A stretch of DNA of 64,000 bases from the NCBI GenBank assembly GCA_963799775.1, contig CAWCYD010000003.1:480001-544000 (forward strand), in the 5' to 3' direction. Each line of letters begins with the position of its first letter. The first letter of the stretch is position 1. The notes beneath the pieces were generated by a model, which saw only the letters and a list, made by a program, of their open reading frames with translations, had not been told where the DNA came from and ran no database searches. Both the position numbers and the translations under genes were made by a program. This document shows, one piece after another, positions 1-9,533 of the stretch. This DNA is from an uncultured archaeon. GTDB taxonomy: Archaea; Thermoproteota; Nitrososphaeria; Nitrososphaerales; Gagatemarchaeaceae.

Positions 1-1196
1 GCACGCGAACTCTTCCCTCGGACGCCCGACGTACTCCGTGATCAAGGTCTGCCCCTCCTGCTGGGCCTTGGCCTTCGCCTCGGCCTCCTCCTTCACGAGC
101 TCGATGGCGCTTTCGACTCCCACGCCGCTCTTCTGCATCCTAGCAAGGACGAGAGGGACGCTCGAAAGCGGGAGCTCCTTCTCGTCGACGACCTTGGATG
201 TGAGCTCCCCGACCTTGCGGGCCCTCTCCTGCCTCTCCTTCTTGTTACCTGCCTCCTTGATGAACTCGGCCGAGAGCGTCCCCATCCGCTGGTCGATGAG
301 CTTGTTTTCGAGGGCCTTCTGGAGGACCGCCGGGTTGATCAGCAGGTCGAGCCGAGCTCTCACGGTGTTTTCGGCTCTGCTGAACTTCTTTGAGATGTAC
401 GGAATGTCACCCCACCCCTTGTCGATGTAGCCCTGGTAGAAGCGCGCCTCGTCCATGGGCTCCATCATGAGCCGCTCCAGGTTGGTGAGTCCGGAGACCT
501 CGTAGGCGGTGCGGTCGTCCATGGACGGGTCGATGAGGCATGGTACCTCGGGAATCATCCCCAAGCACCTAATCGCCTGGAATCGCCTGAACCCGTCTAC
601 GATCTGGACTCTCCCATGATGCTTGCGAGCTGTAATCGGGTCCGAAGTCCGTGCTCCTGGATGGAGCCCATAAGCGAGACGATGTTTCCAGGATTCCGGA
701 TTATGAGCTCGGGCGGCTCGAGTTCAGTGACCTTGACCATGGTGGCGCCGGCAATCGGCTTCAGCGGCATTGGGCGCATGACTTGGTAGAGGACGCCACC
801 ATTAGACCTGTTGTGGGGCGAGACGTATAGGTTGGTCTTGCACTTGGGGCAGATGTTCGCTCTCGTGGGCGCGACCGAGAAGACGGTCCCGCACCCTCCG
901 GCAAACGCACGCGTCTGGCACTGCCACTCCCGAACGGTGATCAGCTTCGTTTCCGACATCTCATCGAGGACCATGCCGATGATGCGGGAGTCCTCCCCGC
1001 CCATGATCGTGACAGGGAACTCCTTCTGGTGGCGCTGCATGTGCGAACGTATCTTCCGGTAGTCGACCGTAATGTCCGAGCCTAGGCTCCCTCTCACATA
1101 GTCGCCGTAGGCAAGGATGACCCAAGGCCGTGCGTCGTCGAGGTTGTTGATGTCCTGAACTCGGGGCGGCCTCTGCTGGGTCAGTTGAGAAGTCAT
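1..1196 (-). CDS. ParB/Spo0J-domain protein with N-terminal Zn ribbon (frameshift ~640; runs off window)
   Basis: Joining frames gives SIQEHGLRDPITAR...QIVDGFRRFQAI...CLIDPSMDD...NLER, a ParB N-domain motif; GGCG...CPKC Zn ribbon upstream. Confidence 0.8.
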
Positions 1197-1228
1197 ACAG
1201 GAATCAAAAGAGCCGCCAGTAAAGTATG

Positions 1229-1681
1229 TCAGCCCGAGAGATAGCGCCCGAAGACTGCGAGGAGCTCCTCCCTGACCGCGCTGGGCTTGTTGGGACCGCC
1301 CAGCGTGACTATCGAAGACCTCACGATGTACGGGTGATGATAGATGAGTGACTCGGAGCCATATCGGGGAGTTGACATTACCAAGGCCCGAAGGAAACTC
1401 ATCTCCTCGAGGCTCAGCCGTGGATGAAAGGTCGCGGCCTCGTCCTCCCAATGACGGTCAAGGTCGAGCCTGGCGAGTCGTTTGGTCAACCGATTCACTT
1501 CGCGAAGTCTGGGGTAAAGCGGCTGCGCGCTGGCCAAGACCATGTCCGGCGCCATCACTCCCATTCGAGCCCAACTGCTCAGTTTCCCGACCTCATGAAG
1601 GATTCGGCGCCGCTCCAGGTAGAGAAGATCCTTCAGTAGACGAACCTGGCCGAAGGTGAGCTCGGGCCTTCGCGAGACCAT
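1229..1681 (-). CDS. Hypothetical protein
   Basis: 150-aa ORF co-oriented with ParB; no recognisable motif. Confidence 0.55.
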   Translation of the reverse strand: MVSRRPELTFGQVRLLKDLLYLERRRILHEVGKLSSWARMGVMAPDMVLASAQPLYPRLREVNRLTKRLARLDLDRHWEDEAATFHPRLSLEEMSFLRALVMSTPRYGSESLIYHHPYIVRSSIVTLGGPNKPSAVREELLAVFGRYLSG

Positions 1682-1737
1682 GCACTCTAAAACTCACGTT
1701 TGAATTGACGCTTGTTTGGTCGTTGGCCCCTTGCCCG

Positions 1738-2313
1738 CTATTGCGGGAAGACTATTGTTAGGTTGCCTGTCGTGGCATTCGTTTCAATAGAGAACCCAAT
1801 CGACGATGACTTGGCATTCTCCGACGTAACCCTCAAAGTTCCTGTGATTGGTGCTCCAGCGGCGCCTATCATGCGGGGAACCGCTGAGTACCCGGCCTCT
1901 GTCGGGGCCACAACCAATCCGTGACCGACAACAAGGGCGCAGAAATCAATCTCGCGCTGGTCTCCAACGTTGATGTCGACGGTCGCGTGACTCCCCACCC
2001 AAGAGAGCTGAAATCTCTCAGTGGCCCCCTCCAATTCCATCCACGCCGTACAGTTGCGCGCCGCATCGTTAAGCACCCATCTCTCTCGATTGATAACGGG
2101 AACCCTGATGGCTTGCAATATCACAGGCACGGTCCCTTGAATGACTGGACCGGGAGGCAGGAGGCCGGAGTAGAGATCGAAGTTAGGCAACAGCACCGTC
2201 GAAGAGTGACCGCGAATTCGTAGGACGGGCGACTTGAGCTGGTCGAAAAGAACTGCGAACGCGAACCCCGCTAACGCCCCCAGGAAAGCGGCGACTATCG
2301 TGAAATCTGCCAA
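1738..2313 (-). CDS. Hypothetical membrane-anchored protein
   Basis: N-terminal hydrophobic helix (IVAAFLGALAGFAFAVLF) followed by a beta-rich domain. Confidence 0.6.
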   Translation of the reverse strand: MADFTIVAAFLGALAGFAFAVLFDQLKSPVLRIRGHSSTVLLPNFDLYSGLLPPGPVIQGTVPVILQAIRVPVINRERWVLNDAARNCTAWMELEGATERFQLSWVGSHATVDINVGDQREIDFCALVVGHGLVVAPTEAGYSAVPRMIGAAGAPITGTLRVTSENAKSSSIGFSIETNATTGNLTIVFPQ

Positions 2314-2347
2314 GCCTCTCCTCGAGGGAGGTCCCTTTTACTTAACA

Positions 2348-3001
2348 ATGGCGACCACAAGGCGACCAAGACAGGACATCAAGGCAGACTCGAGGCTAGT
2401 CGAGCAGCTTGACGGCCTGAAGGAGGAGCTCGGGACGAGCTCCCGGACTTCGACGATTAGGAGGCTAGTCGTGCACTACAAGGAGAGCTCAAAGTCGAGG
2501 GAAGGCCTGCCAGTAGCCACGGCGTCGATTATGACAGATGACCGACCGGCTCTCATCACTGGATCGAGTGGAGCAGGAAAGACCACTACGATCAAGGCCC
2601 TCCTCGATGGTTGGGCCGGGCCTGTTTTCGCTTTGGACGTAAAGGGCGTCGACTATGTCGACTTCGAGAAACTCGACCTGGGAAAGGTCTCATCCTACGA
2701 GTGGGCCTCAGTGGATGGGCCTACAAGATTGCGCTTCACCCCCACCACGGAGCTCTCCGCGCAGGGGGAGTCAGAGGCGATCCTGCAGCTCCTGGCGCTG
2801 ATTCTTCACCAGGATGGGCACCCTTTGAAATCATGGGTGCTGATTCTGGAAGAGGGGCAAAGGTTCGCGAAGAACTCCAACTTCAAAGAAATCCTCTCGG
2901 AGGGACGCGTGTTCTGCAGGAAGATCCTCATCGCCTCCCAACTCTCAAGGCCGTTTCGAGAGCTGGTACCAGTGTACGTGCCTCCCCCGAGGCCTGTCTA
3001 G
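2348..3001 (+). CDS. Small FtsK/HerA-like P-loop ATPase with N-terminal ribbon-helix-helix-like segment
   Basis: Walker A GSSGAGKT, Walker B LILEEGQ, GR...IASQ motif; N-terminus DIKADSRLVEQLDGLKEELGTSSRTSTIRRLV. Confidence 0.7.
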   Translation: MATTRRPRQDIKADSRLVEQLDGLKEELGTSSRTSTIRRLVVHYKESSKSREGLPVATASIMTDDRPALITGSSGAGKTTTIKALLDGWAGPVFALDVKGVDYVDFEKLDLGKVSSYEWASVDGPTRLRFTPTTELSAQGESEAILQLLALILHQDGHPLKSWVLILEEGQRFAKNSNFKEILSEGRVFCRKILIASQLSRPFRELVPVYVPPPRPV

Positions 3002-3357
3002 GTCAGCAGGAAGTGCGCTTTTAGCAGCGTCTTCACTTCGGCAAGTTCTGTTGGGTTGAGACAACCAAACTTCTCCTTGATAAATCGGCCGTCCATCACT
3101 GTTACCTGAAAGACCAAGGCCACGGAGTCCTTGTCTAACCCGTTGACTGAGTGCTTTTTGATGGTGACAGTGAGAGGGAATCTTCTGGACTCAATGGTTT
3201 TAGTGAGCGGAATCACTGTAGCCATGTTCATCCCTGGGACCTTCGCAACTATGATCGCGGGTCGCTCTCCCGCCTGTTCGTGACCATCTCCTGAGAACTC
3301 TGCAAGCACTATATCCCCTATCGCGAAGCTGCCGACGTTGGGAGTCAGCGCTGGCAT
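2998..3357 (-). CDS. mazF: PemK/MazF family toxin
   Basis: GDIVLAEF..GHEQAGERPAIIV, VIPLT, NGLDKDSVAL motifs. Confidence 0.9.
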   Translation of the reverse strand: MPALTPNVGSFAIGDIVLAEFSGDGHEQAGERPAIIVAKVPGMNMATVIPLTKTIESRRFPLTVTIKKHSVNGLDKDSVALVFQVTVMDGRFIKEKFGCLNPTELAEVKTLLKAHFLLT

Positions 3358-3375
3358 TTTGTGTAACCGAGCTCT

Positions 3376-3912
3376 TTAGGCGGGTTGAGAGAGTATCGAG
3401 GCGGAACCGAGTCTCGTCCACGCAGAAAGCTCGTTCTTCAACTCGGGGGTGACATATTGCTCCTTGAACATCAGCTTCTTGGCGTCGTTCATGGATATGG
3501 TCAACTGCTCCTCGGAGAAGTTCTCCTTCCACAGCCTGAGTTTCTCCCTGATCCCTAACTCGTCCATCTTTGGATATGCATCGTACATCAGATAGACTGC
3601 ACTCGCAGCTCCTTCGAGCCTCGAGACCTCGATTGGCACACTCTCCTTGACGTGATTGAGGATTCTCTTCTGGGCTGCTGTGGGCTTCGGACTTTGGAGT
3701 GCCTGATATTCATCCCGATATATCCACATCTCCTTGTCGAGGTTCATGGAGTACGGGCCGCGACTGCGCCTCTCGAACTTGAAGTTGATTCCGAACCCCA
3801 GTTTCTTCAGGAGGTAGGTTATCTTCTGGATTACTATCCTGTCGTCTTGGCTGTCGATATTCGGTGCGAATCTCAGATACCCAAGTGCAGTGAGGATTTC
3901 GTCAGTTGCCAA
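3376..3912 (-). CDS. YwgA/Panacea(SocA)-like protein, probable antitoxin
   Basis: IQKITYLL and RGPYS motifs; directly upstream of mazF. Confidence 0.65.
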   Translation of the reverse strand: MATDEILTALGYLRFAPNIDSQDDRIVIQKITYLLKKLGFGINFKFERRSRGPYSMNLDKEMWIYRDEYQALQSPKPTAAQKRILNHVKESVPIEVSRLEGAASAVYLMYDAYPKMDELGIREKLRLWKENFSEEQLTISMNDAKKLMFKEQYVTPELKNELSAWTRLGSASILSQPA

Positions 3913-4510
3913 AGTAATCTTCCACGACTTCCAGCTTTTTGTATGGTTTTTACCGTATTAAGACTTTGTGAAGAAGGTGCCTCAGGTCCGGGGTTCAAAT
4001 GGTTAGGTTTTCGCCCCGAGCCCCTGGACGCCTCCTGGCTAACCTTAATACAGAATTCCCCGCACAAGGTGAGGAATGAGCAAGGAGGACTAAATTTACT
4101 ACTGTTCGAATCGTTGGTCCCCCCGAGGACGGATAGCCTGATTTCATGACTCAAGTTCGATTCTAACTGCTTGAGTTCAGATTTCCTATAAAGACCTCCG
4201 AATGACGTATAAATTGGGGAGAGCGGCGACAAAGCCGTGCCCGCCCTACGAATTCCTTGCGACGCGAGAAGAATGTCCAGGGCCTGCGAGAATGCCATTC
4301 ACGAAATCCCCGTCAGCATCGGGAATGGATCGGTTCAACAATGGGATGCCACTGCGGCGGAGATCTCGTTCTGGAGACATCTCACCAACGATCAACAGAA
4401 TGCTCTAGTTCAAAGCCAATACCAAGGGTGCTTCCTGTGCAACCTCGACTCGATGATGCCTTGAGCTGGCCTCTACAAGACTAAATAACGCGGCTGGCCG
4501 GAAACCACCG

Positions 4511-5152
4511 TTGGCGGCTCAGCAGGAACTTCTTCTCGTCGAAGTTGTCGCGGACAAGGACACTTGCACTTCGATTGAGAACGCGCTACAGAACTCGCAG
4601 TTCTTTCATTCCATCGAATCCCGCGAACCCTTGAAGTTTAGAGTGATCGCTCATCCAGTGGTTCTCGCAATGCTTCTCACTTTCCTTGAAACAAGGGCGG
4701 CAGCGATTTCTGGCAAGATTACGATGAACGATGGGACAGTCTATCAGCTGGACGCCTACGGGATGGATGAACTCAAGAAGGCGACAGCCAGAAAACTAGG
4801 GGCGACGCCATCAGCGACTCCCTCATCTCCTGGCCCTCAGACCGGTCCAAACGTCGTTGATCTATTCATGGCCGCCCTGAGCAATCCAGAGGCGACAGGG
4901 AAACTCGTGAAGGAAATCGCGAGTGCTTTGCGGGGAGATCCGGCAGTCGCGCTTGAGGAAACCAAGCAAATCTCCCGCTTCACGTTAGCGATCATGAGCC
5001 TAATGGCCGCCGTGATTATTGGGGCCTCAGTCCTGGGCTACTTTGGAAAGATCGGCGGCGACACCGTCGGCATAGTCTACGGGACAGTGATAGGCAGCTC
5101 CTTCGCGTTTCTCTACAAGTACCTTGGCGCACCTGAGGAAGGCCAATCCTAG
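4511..5152 (+). CDS. Hypothetical protein with two C-terminal TM helices
   Basis: Hydrophobic FTLAIMSLMAAVIIGASVLGYFG and VGIVYGTVIGSSFAFLY segments. Confidence 0.7.
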   Translation: MAAQQELLLVEVVADKDTCTSIENALQNSQFFHSIESREPLKFRVIAHPVVLAMLLTFLETRAAAISGKITMNDGTVYQLDAYGMDELKKATARKLGATPSATPSSPGPQTGPNVVDLFMAALSNPEATGKLVKEIASALRGDPAVALEETKQISRFTLAIMSLMAAVIIGASVLGYFGKIGGDTVGIVYGTVIGSSFAFLYKYLGAPEEGQS

Positions 5153-5157
5153 CAAAG

Positions 5158-6138
5158 TCAGGAGGCAGGCAGGGCCCGGCCGATACGTCGCTCATCGAGC
5201 TGGTACACTCCGTAGATGTCACCAAACAACGTATCACGATATTGCCAAGTGTTTGGAAGGGTCAAGGTCACGAAGAATTTCTGTCGAGTCACATGATGCA
5301 AATTGGAATACACGGCACGTCCTACTAGCACCTGATTCTTTTTTGCAATGCCGCAGATCTTGGCGGCGACGTTCATGGTGTAGCCTAGCAGATCTCTCGA
5401 ATTCTTGATGTCCTTCGACCCCAGCTCGACTATCTGGTTCTCGCCGCAATCGACACCAATTCTAAAGCCGATTTCCGGATAGCCTTGCTCGACCAGGGCC
5501 GGGATCAAGACCTCTCGCATGAACATCCAAGCGACGATAGCGCAGTCGCCTGCATTGTCAATCATTCCGGGGAAGTTCCTCTCGGCCGGGAAATACCCGA
5601 TTAATCCATCACCGGTGTACTTCAAGACATAACCTCTGTAGCCGTTTATCAGGAGAGTTATCTCGTGTGATAGGACTGTCACGATCTTGTTCATCTTTTC
5701 AGCACCTAGAGTTCTGCTCATCTCTGTCGAACCAACCAAATCGATGTAGAGAACAGCGAAGACCATCGTCTTGTCCTTGTTGAGCTCCAGGAAGTTCTCG
5801 GAAAGGTCGATTCCCCTCTCGATCTTTAATTCCTCTGACAGAAGTTGCTTGACTCTCGGCTTGGCTTCCTGAAAATACGCCGTAAGATCTTTGATGGTGG
5901 GTGGAGATTGTACGATTGGAACCTCCATTGAGCGCATCCACCCCTCGATCAATTCTTCTTCGAGTAGGACAATCTTGCTGCCCTTGTCACGCCAGGCCTT
6001 CTTGCCGTCCAAGTCAAACTGCTCGTATCTGGTCGGGTCGAGTTCGATTTCAAACCTCAACAGTCCCTTCTCTTTGTCTATGACCTCGACGTTCTTGATT
6101 TGAAGGTCGATTCGAAAGGGGCCCTTGCCGATTGGCAA
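5158..6138 (-). CDS. Class III adenylate/guanylate cyclase domain protein
   Basis: LYIDLVGST, KYTGDG, RIGVDCG, DLLGYTMNVAAK motifs. Confidence 0.9.
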   Translation of the reverse strand: MPIGKGPFRIDLQIKNVEVIDKEKGLLRFEIELDPTRYEQFDLDGKKAWRDKGSKIVLLEEELIEGWMRSMEVPIVQSPPTIKDLTAYFQEAKPRVKQLLSEELKIERGIDLSENFLELNKDKTMVFAVLYIDLVGSTEMSRTLGAEKMNKIVTVLSHEITLLINGYRGYVLKYTGDGLIGYFPAERNFPGMIDNAGDCAIVAWMFMREVLIPALVEQGYPEIGFRIGVDCGENQIVELGSKDIKNSRDLLGYTMNVAAKICGIAKKNQVLVGRAVYSNLHHVTRQKFFVTLTLPNTWQYRDTLFGDIYGVYQLDERRIGRALPAS

Positions 6139-6355
6139 CAGCTCTCATGAGATAGGGCTGATATTGAACTTTCAAATCCACAGGATTAATGACAGCGTGG
6201 ACAACCCGAAAACAGCCTAATCATGGACAAACAGAGATAGCGAGAGCGCCTTCAGAACAACGGGGGCGGAAGCTGGTTGTCCATGGCAAAACGCGCCGAA
6301 ATTGACCCATAATTGGCACAGGTTTTTAGACTCGTCTCGTCTTCTCTATTCCGCA

Positions 6356-6649
6356 ATGACGGGAAAAGTGAGCGAGAAAGAAATCATGGACAACGAATTT
6401 CAGCAGTGTCCATTCTGCGACAGACTCTTCGAGAAGTCCTACCGGATTGCGGTGACCACGGAGCTAGAGGAGCACATCAGAACACAGCACGGGAGGGTGA
6501 AGGTATGGCGGGGTCGAAACGTGCGGTGGTGCCCCGCCTCCGAAGTAAGAAAGAAAATGGCCAGGGCGCCCGACAGCGCCCAAGGCCCAGCAGAAGGTCA
6601 ACCGTTCAGGGCGGCCGATCCTTCACATGGCAAAAGCGAGCGAAGTTAG
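6356..6649 (+). CDS. C2H2 zinc-finger protein
   Basis: CPFC...EEHIRTQH. Confidence 0.7.
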   Translation: MTGKVSEKEIMDNEFQQCPFCDRLFEKSYRIAVTTELEEHIRTQHGRVKVWRGRNVRWCPASEVRKKMARAPDSAQGPAEGQPFRAADPSHGKSERS

Positions 6650-6890
6650 AGAAACGTCTTCGGAGCGTGACGAGCTCCGCGTTCGCAGGCCCTGGCCTCG
6701 CGTGCAGATAGAACTCGACGCGCACAATCAACCCTATCTCGCGCGATATCTCCACACCGAGACCGCCAAGCCGGCAGAACTCAGCGACGAAGTGCTGAGA
6801 CTCGCCAACGCATTGATGTGCCTTCGGCTCCCCAAGAGTCCGGCGAAGCGCCCAGAGGAGAGTAGCCCAGAGGAGAGTAGCCGCCCATGA
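6627..6890 (+). CDS. Hypothetical protein
   Basis: Overlapping operon-like ORF; contains a 15-bp tandem duplication (PEESS x2). Confidence 0.5.
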   Translation: MAKASEVRETSSERDELRVRRPWPRVQIELDAHNQPYLARYLHTETAKPAELSDEVLRLANALMCLRLPKSPAKRPEESSPEESSRP

Positions 6891-7084
6891 AAGGCAGAAT
6901 CTGCTTCGAAGCTGAAGCGGGCGACGTCGTAGAAGTAATGCGCCAAGGAAACGAGCTCGTTCCAGTACGCCATGAGGACTTGAAAGAGATGCGGGAACTC
7001 GCTGGCAAATACGAGACTCTGCGACAACTTCTCGGCCGGGATCCGCTCGAAACTTACCAGAAGAGGAAGTGGAGGGAGGTCTAG
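6887..7084 (+). CDS. Hypothetical protein
   Basis: ATGA overlap with the upstream ORF; directly before Rep. Confidence 0.55.
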   Translation: MKGRICFEAEAGDVVEVMRQGNELVPVRHEDLKEMRELAGKYETLRQLLGRDPLETYQKRKWREV

Positions 7085-7087
7085 CGC

Positions 7088-8863
7088 TTGACCGATGAGC
7101 CTGAGTCCAAGGCCGTGGAGCTGATTAGTATTGCAGAGGCCAGCTGCAGTTTCTTCACTGACCAGCACGGGACTCCGTACGCTTTTCGAAATAATCCTGG
7201 GCACGTCTCCGCGCTGAAGTCAAGGGAGTTCAAAGTTTGGCTAGTGGGGGAGTTCTACAAGAGGCATGAGGAGGCTGTCGGCAGCGACGCGATCTCCGCA
7301 GCGGTCAATGTGTTGGAAGCCAAGGCCAACGAATCAGCGCGCGTGACGCTGTCTACCAGGTGCGGCATGGATGGACCGAGAAGACTCCTGATCGACCTAG
7401 CCAGCAAAGACGAGCAGACGGTGGTCATTGACGCGGGTGGGCTCAGAATCGAATCCCTCGCTGAACCGAAGTTTCGAAGATACTCTCACATGGTCCCGAT
7501 GGAGGTCGCGGCGGACGCGGCTGACCTGAAAGAGTACGCGAAGTTCTGGAGGTTCAAGGATCCGGCCGATGACGTTTTGCTTGTGGGATTCATCGGTCAC
7601 GCCTTTGTAAGTGAGATTCCTCACGCAATCCTGGTCCTCATCGGTTCTAAGGGGAGCACGAAGACCACTGCGACAAGGGCGACGCGGCAGATTATCGACC
7701 CCAGCTCGGTCGCCGATCTCACGATTGGAGAGAAGGGCAAGGAGTTTGTTCAGCAGCTCGCGCACAACTACGTCCCCCTCTTCGACAACGTTTCGAAGCT
7801 GCAGCCCTGGCAGGCCGACGACCTCTGTAGAGCTTCGACCGGAGCAGGATTCTCCAAGCGCGAGCTCTACAGCGACGAAGACGATGTAATCTTCATGTTC
7901 AAGCGGGTCGTCATTGTCAACGGAATCAACACGCCGACCCAGAGGCCAGACTTCCTGGATCGAAGCATCCTAATTGAGTGTGCCAGGGTTCCGAGGGGAG
8001 AACGCCTCGAGGACAGCCAAGTCCAGGCGAAAATCTCGGAATGGATCCCTCGCCTCCGCAGGTCAATCTTCGAGGCCCTAGCAACAGCTACGCAGCTGAT
8101 TGACCAGGTCCGCGGAGAGCTGAAAGAGCTGCCCAGGATGGCGGACTTCGCGATATGGGGTGAGGCCTTCTGCAGGGCGTCCGGATACGCCCCTCTCGAG
8201 TTCTACAATCGCCTCATGGAGAAGGTCGACGAGACCAGCACTATAGCCCTCGAGAATGACGTGATCGCCGAGCTTCTCTTCAAACTCTTCGACGATCCGA
8301 AGAGTCTGACATACGGTTCCAAAGAGTTCGAGTGCACATCTAGTGAACTCCTCAAGACCCTTGTTGCCCTCAACGAGGAGCTGAAGTATGTAGGTCCGAA
8401 GGAACTTCCATCCTCACCGGATTCATTGGGTCGGCGCCTTGGGGAGCTCGCAGCCGACCTGGAGGAGGTGGGAATCAGGATCAGGCGTAACAGGTCCAGA
8501 AGGAAGCGCTCATACATCATCAGCAGGGTCTCCCCCAGAGGTAGCGAAGAAGCGTCACACGTGTCACTAGTGTCACCCACGGTGGGCCCAAACGGGGGCC
8601 AAAATGACACTTCTGTGACACGTGACGCTTCAAAACAGACTCCGATTGAAACCCCAGTGACACATGACGCTAGTGACACATGTTCGCTACCTCTAGGGGG
8701 GCAGGGGTTAGCAGCGAAGTCCAAGGCCAGCATTCCCCATTTCTTCTGCTCAGTCTGTGGCAAGGAGATAGGGACGGGCCTTGAGCTCAGCATCTACAAG
8801 ATAGGGAAGGAAAGGTTCTGCAAGGCCTGCTACCTCGAGAAGAAAGGGGAGGCCTCGGCATGA
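7088..8863 (+). CDS. Replication helicase-like P-loop ATPase (SF3-like) with C-terminal wHTH and Zn finger
   Basis: LVLIGSKGSTKT, LFDNVS, TG.GFSKRELYSD, NGI...RPDFLDRS; terminal CSVC...CKAC. Confidence 0.8.
   Translation: MTDEPESKAVELISIAEASCSFFTDQHGTPYAFRNNPGHVSALKSREFKVWLVGEFYKRHEEAVGSDAISAAVNVLEAKANESARVTLSTRCGMDGPRRLLIDLASKDEQTVVIDAGGLRIESLAEPKFRRYSHMVPMEVAADAADLKEYAKFWRFKDPADDVLLVGFIGHAFVSEIPHAILVLIGSKGSTKTTATRATRQIIDPSSVADLTIGEKGKEFVQQLAHNYVPLFDNVSKLQPWQADDLCRASTGAGFSKRELYSDEDDVIFMFKRVVIVNGINTPTQRPDFLDRSILIECARVPRGERLEDSQVQAKISEWIPRLRRSIFEALATATQLIDQVRGELKELPRMADFAIWGEAFCRASGYAPLEFYNRLMEKVDETSTIALENDVIAELLFKLFDDPKSLTYGSKEFECTSSELLKTLVALNEELKYVGPKELPSSPDSLGRRLGELAADLEEVGIRIRRNRSRRKRSYIISRVSPRGSEEASHVSLVSPTVGPNGGQNDTSVTRDASKQTPIETPVTHDASDTCSLPLGGQGLAAKSKASIPHFFCSVCGKEIGTGLELSIYKIGKERFCKACYLEKKGEASA
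8549..8680. repeat. TGAC(A/G)C iteron-like array, candidate element origin
   Basis: Three G(C/T)GTCA copies at 9-bp period (8552, 8561, 8570) face six TGAC(A/G)C copies (8605-8674); 10-bp perfect IR GAAGCGTCAC/GTGACGCTTC. Confidence 0.65.
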
Positions 8864-9051
8864 GCCTAACGAGTCCTCGAGCTGAGATCTACTACTGCGA
8901 AGGGTGCGGGTCGCCCAGTGAACCGGTAAGGTGCCTACGGAACATTCCACGAAGGGTCGTCGTCCTCGAGGCTTCGGCCAGGACGTACGGAGTCATTTGG
9001 AGCTTCTTCTGCCGCAGGTGCGAGGCGCGAGAGAGGAGCCGCAGATCATGA
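8860..9051 (+). CDS. Small Zn-binding protein
   Basis: CEGC...CRRC; ATGA overlaps on both sides. Confidence 0.55.
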   Translation: MSLTSPRAEIYYCEGCGSPSEPVRCLRNIPRRVVVLEASARTYGVIWSFFCRRCEARERSRRS

Positions 9052-9533
9052 CCGCCCAGGAATCCGTGCCGAACGCCGGTCGGTATCTTTGCCCAAAGTG
9101 CTCGGAGGTGCCCTTGAGCTCGTCCTAGAAACCGGCGAGCTTGTCTGTCCTCAGTGCGGCATTGCGTTCGAAGACCCTGGCGCGAAGATCCTGAGGTTCG
9201 TCCCAGAGGGGAGCTCGATCAACTCGCCCGGAATGGTCCACGGGCTTGGAACGGACCAGCGCGAGCTGATTCGCCAATTCCATGCGTTAGGGATGAAGAA
9301 CGGAGGCGCTGAGAGGCCGGACGGCTACATGCTCTCCATAAATGGACCTTTGGAGCGGCCACAGCGACGATTCATTTTGGATTTCCATCACGCAGAAGCT
9401 CAAGGACAGAGGAATGAGCCCCGAGAGGATTGCCCTTGTCAGCGCGGTGCTTAGGAAGGAGATCGCTCACATGAACGCCCAGAAGACCGCAGAGTTGCAA
9501 ACCTTGCTCCGACAGATGGGGATTGACCCTTGA
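9048..9533 (+). CDS. TFIIB-type Zn-ribbon protein (two frameshifts)
   Basis: CPKC...ETGELVCPQCG after joining frames; ends ...RQMGIDP. Confidence 0.6.

Noticed and set aside
3984-4000. GGTCCGGGGTTCAAAT resembling a tRNA T-arm or att remnant
   Set aside because: No complementary T-stem or cloverleaf follows.
4587-4601. 12-nt match (AGAACTCGCAGT) to the putative guide of the mini element at 42.7 kb
   Set aside because: Short, gapped in the seed, and not preceded by GCAT; compatible with chance.
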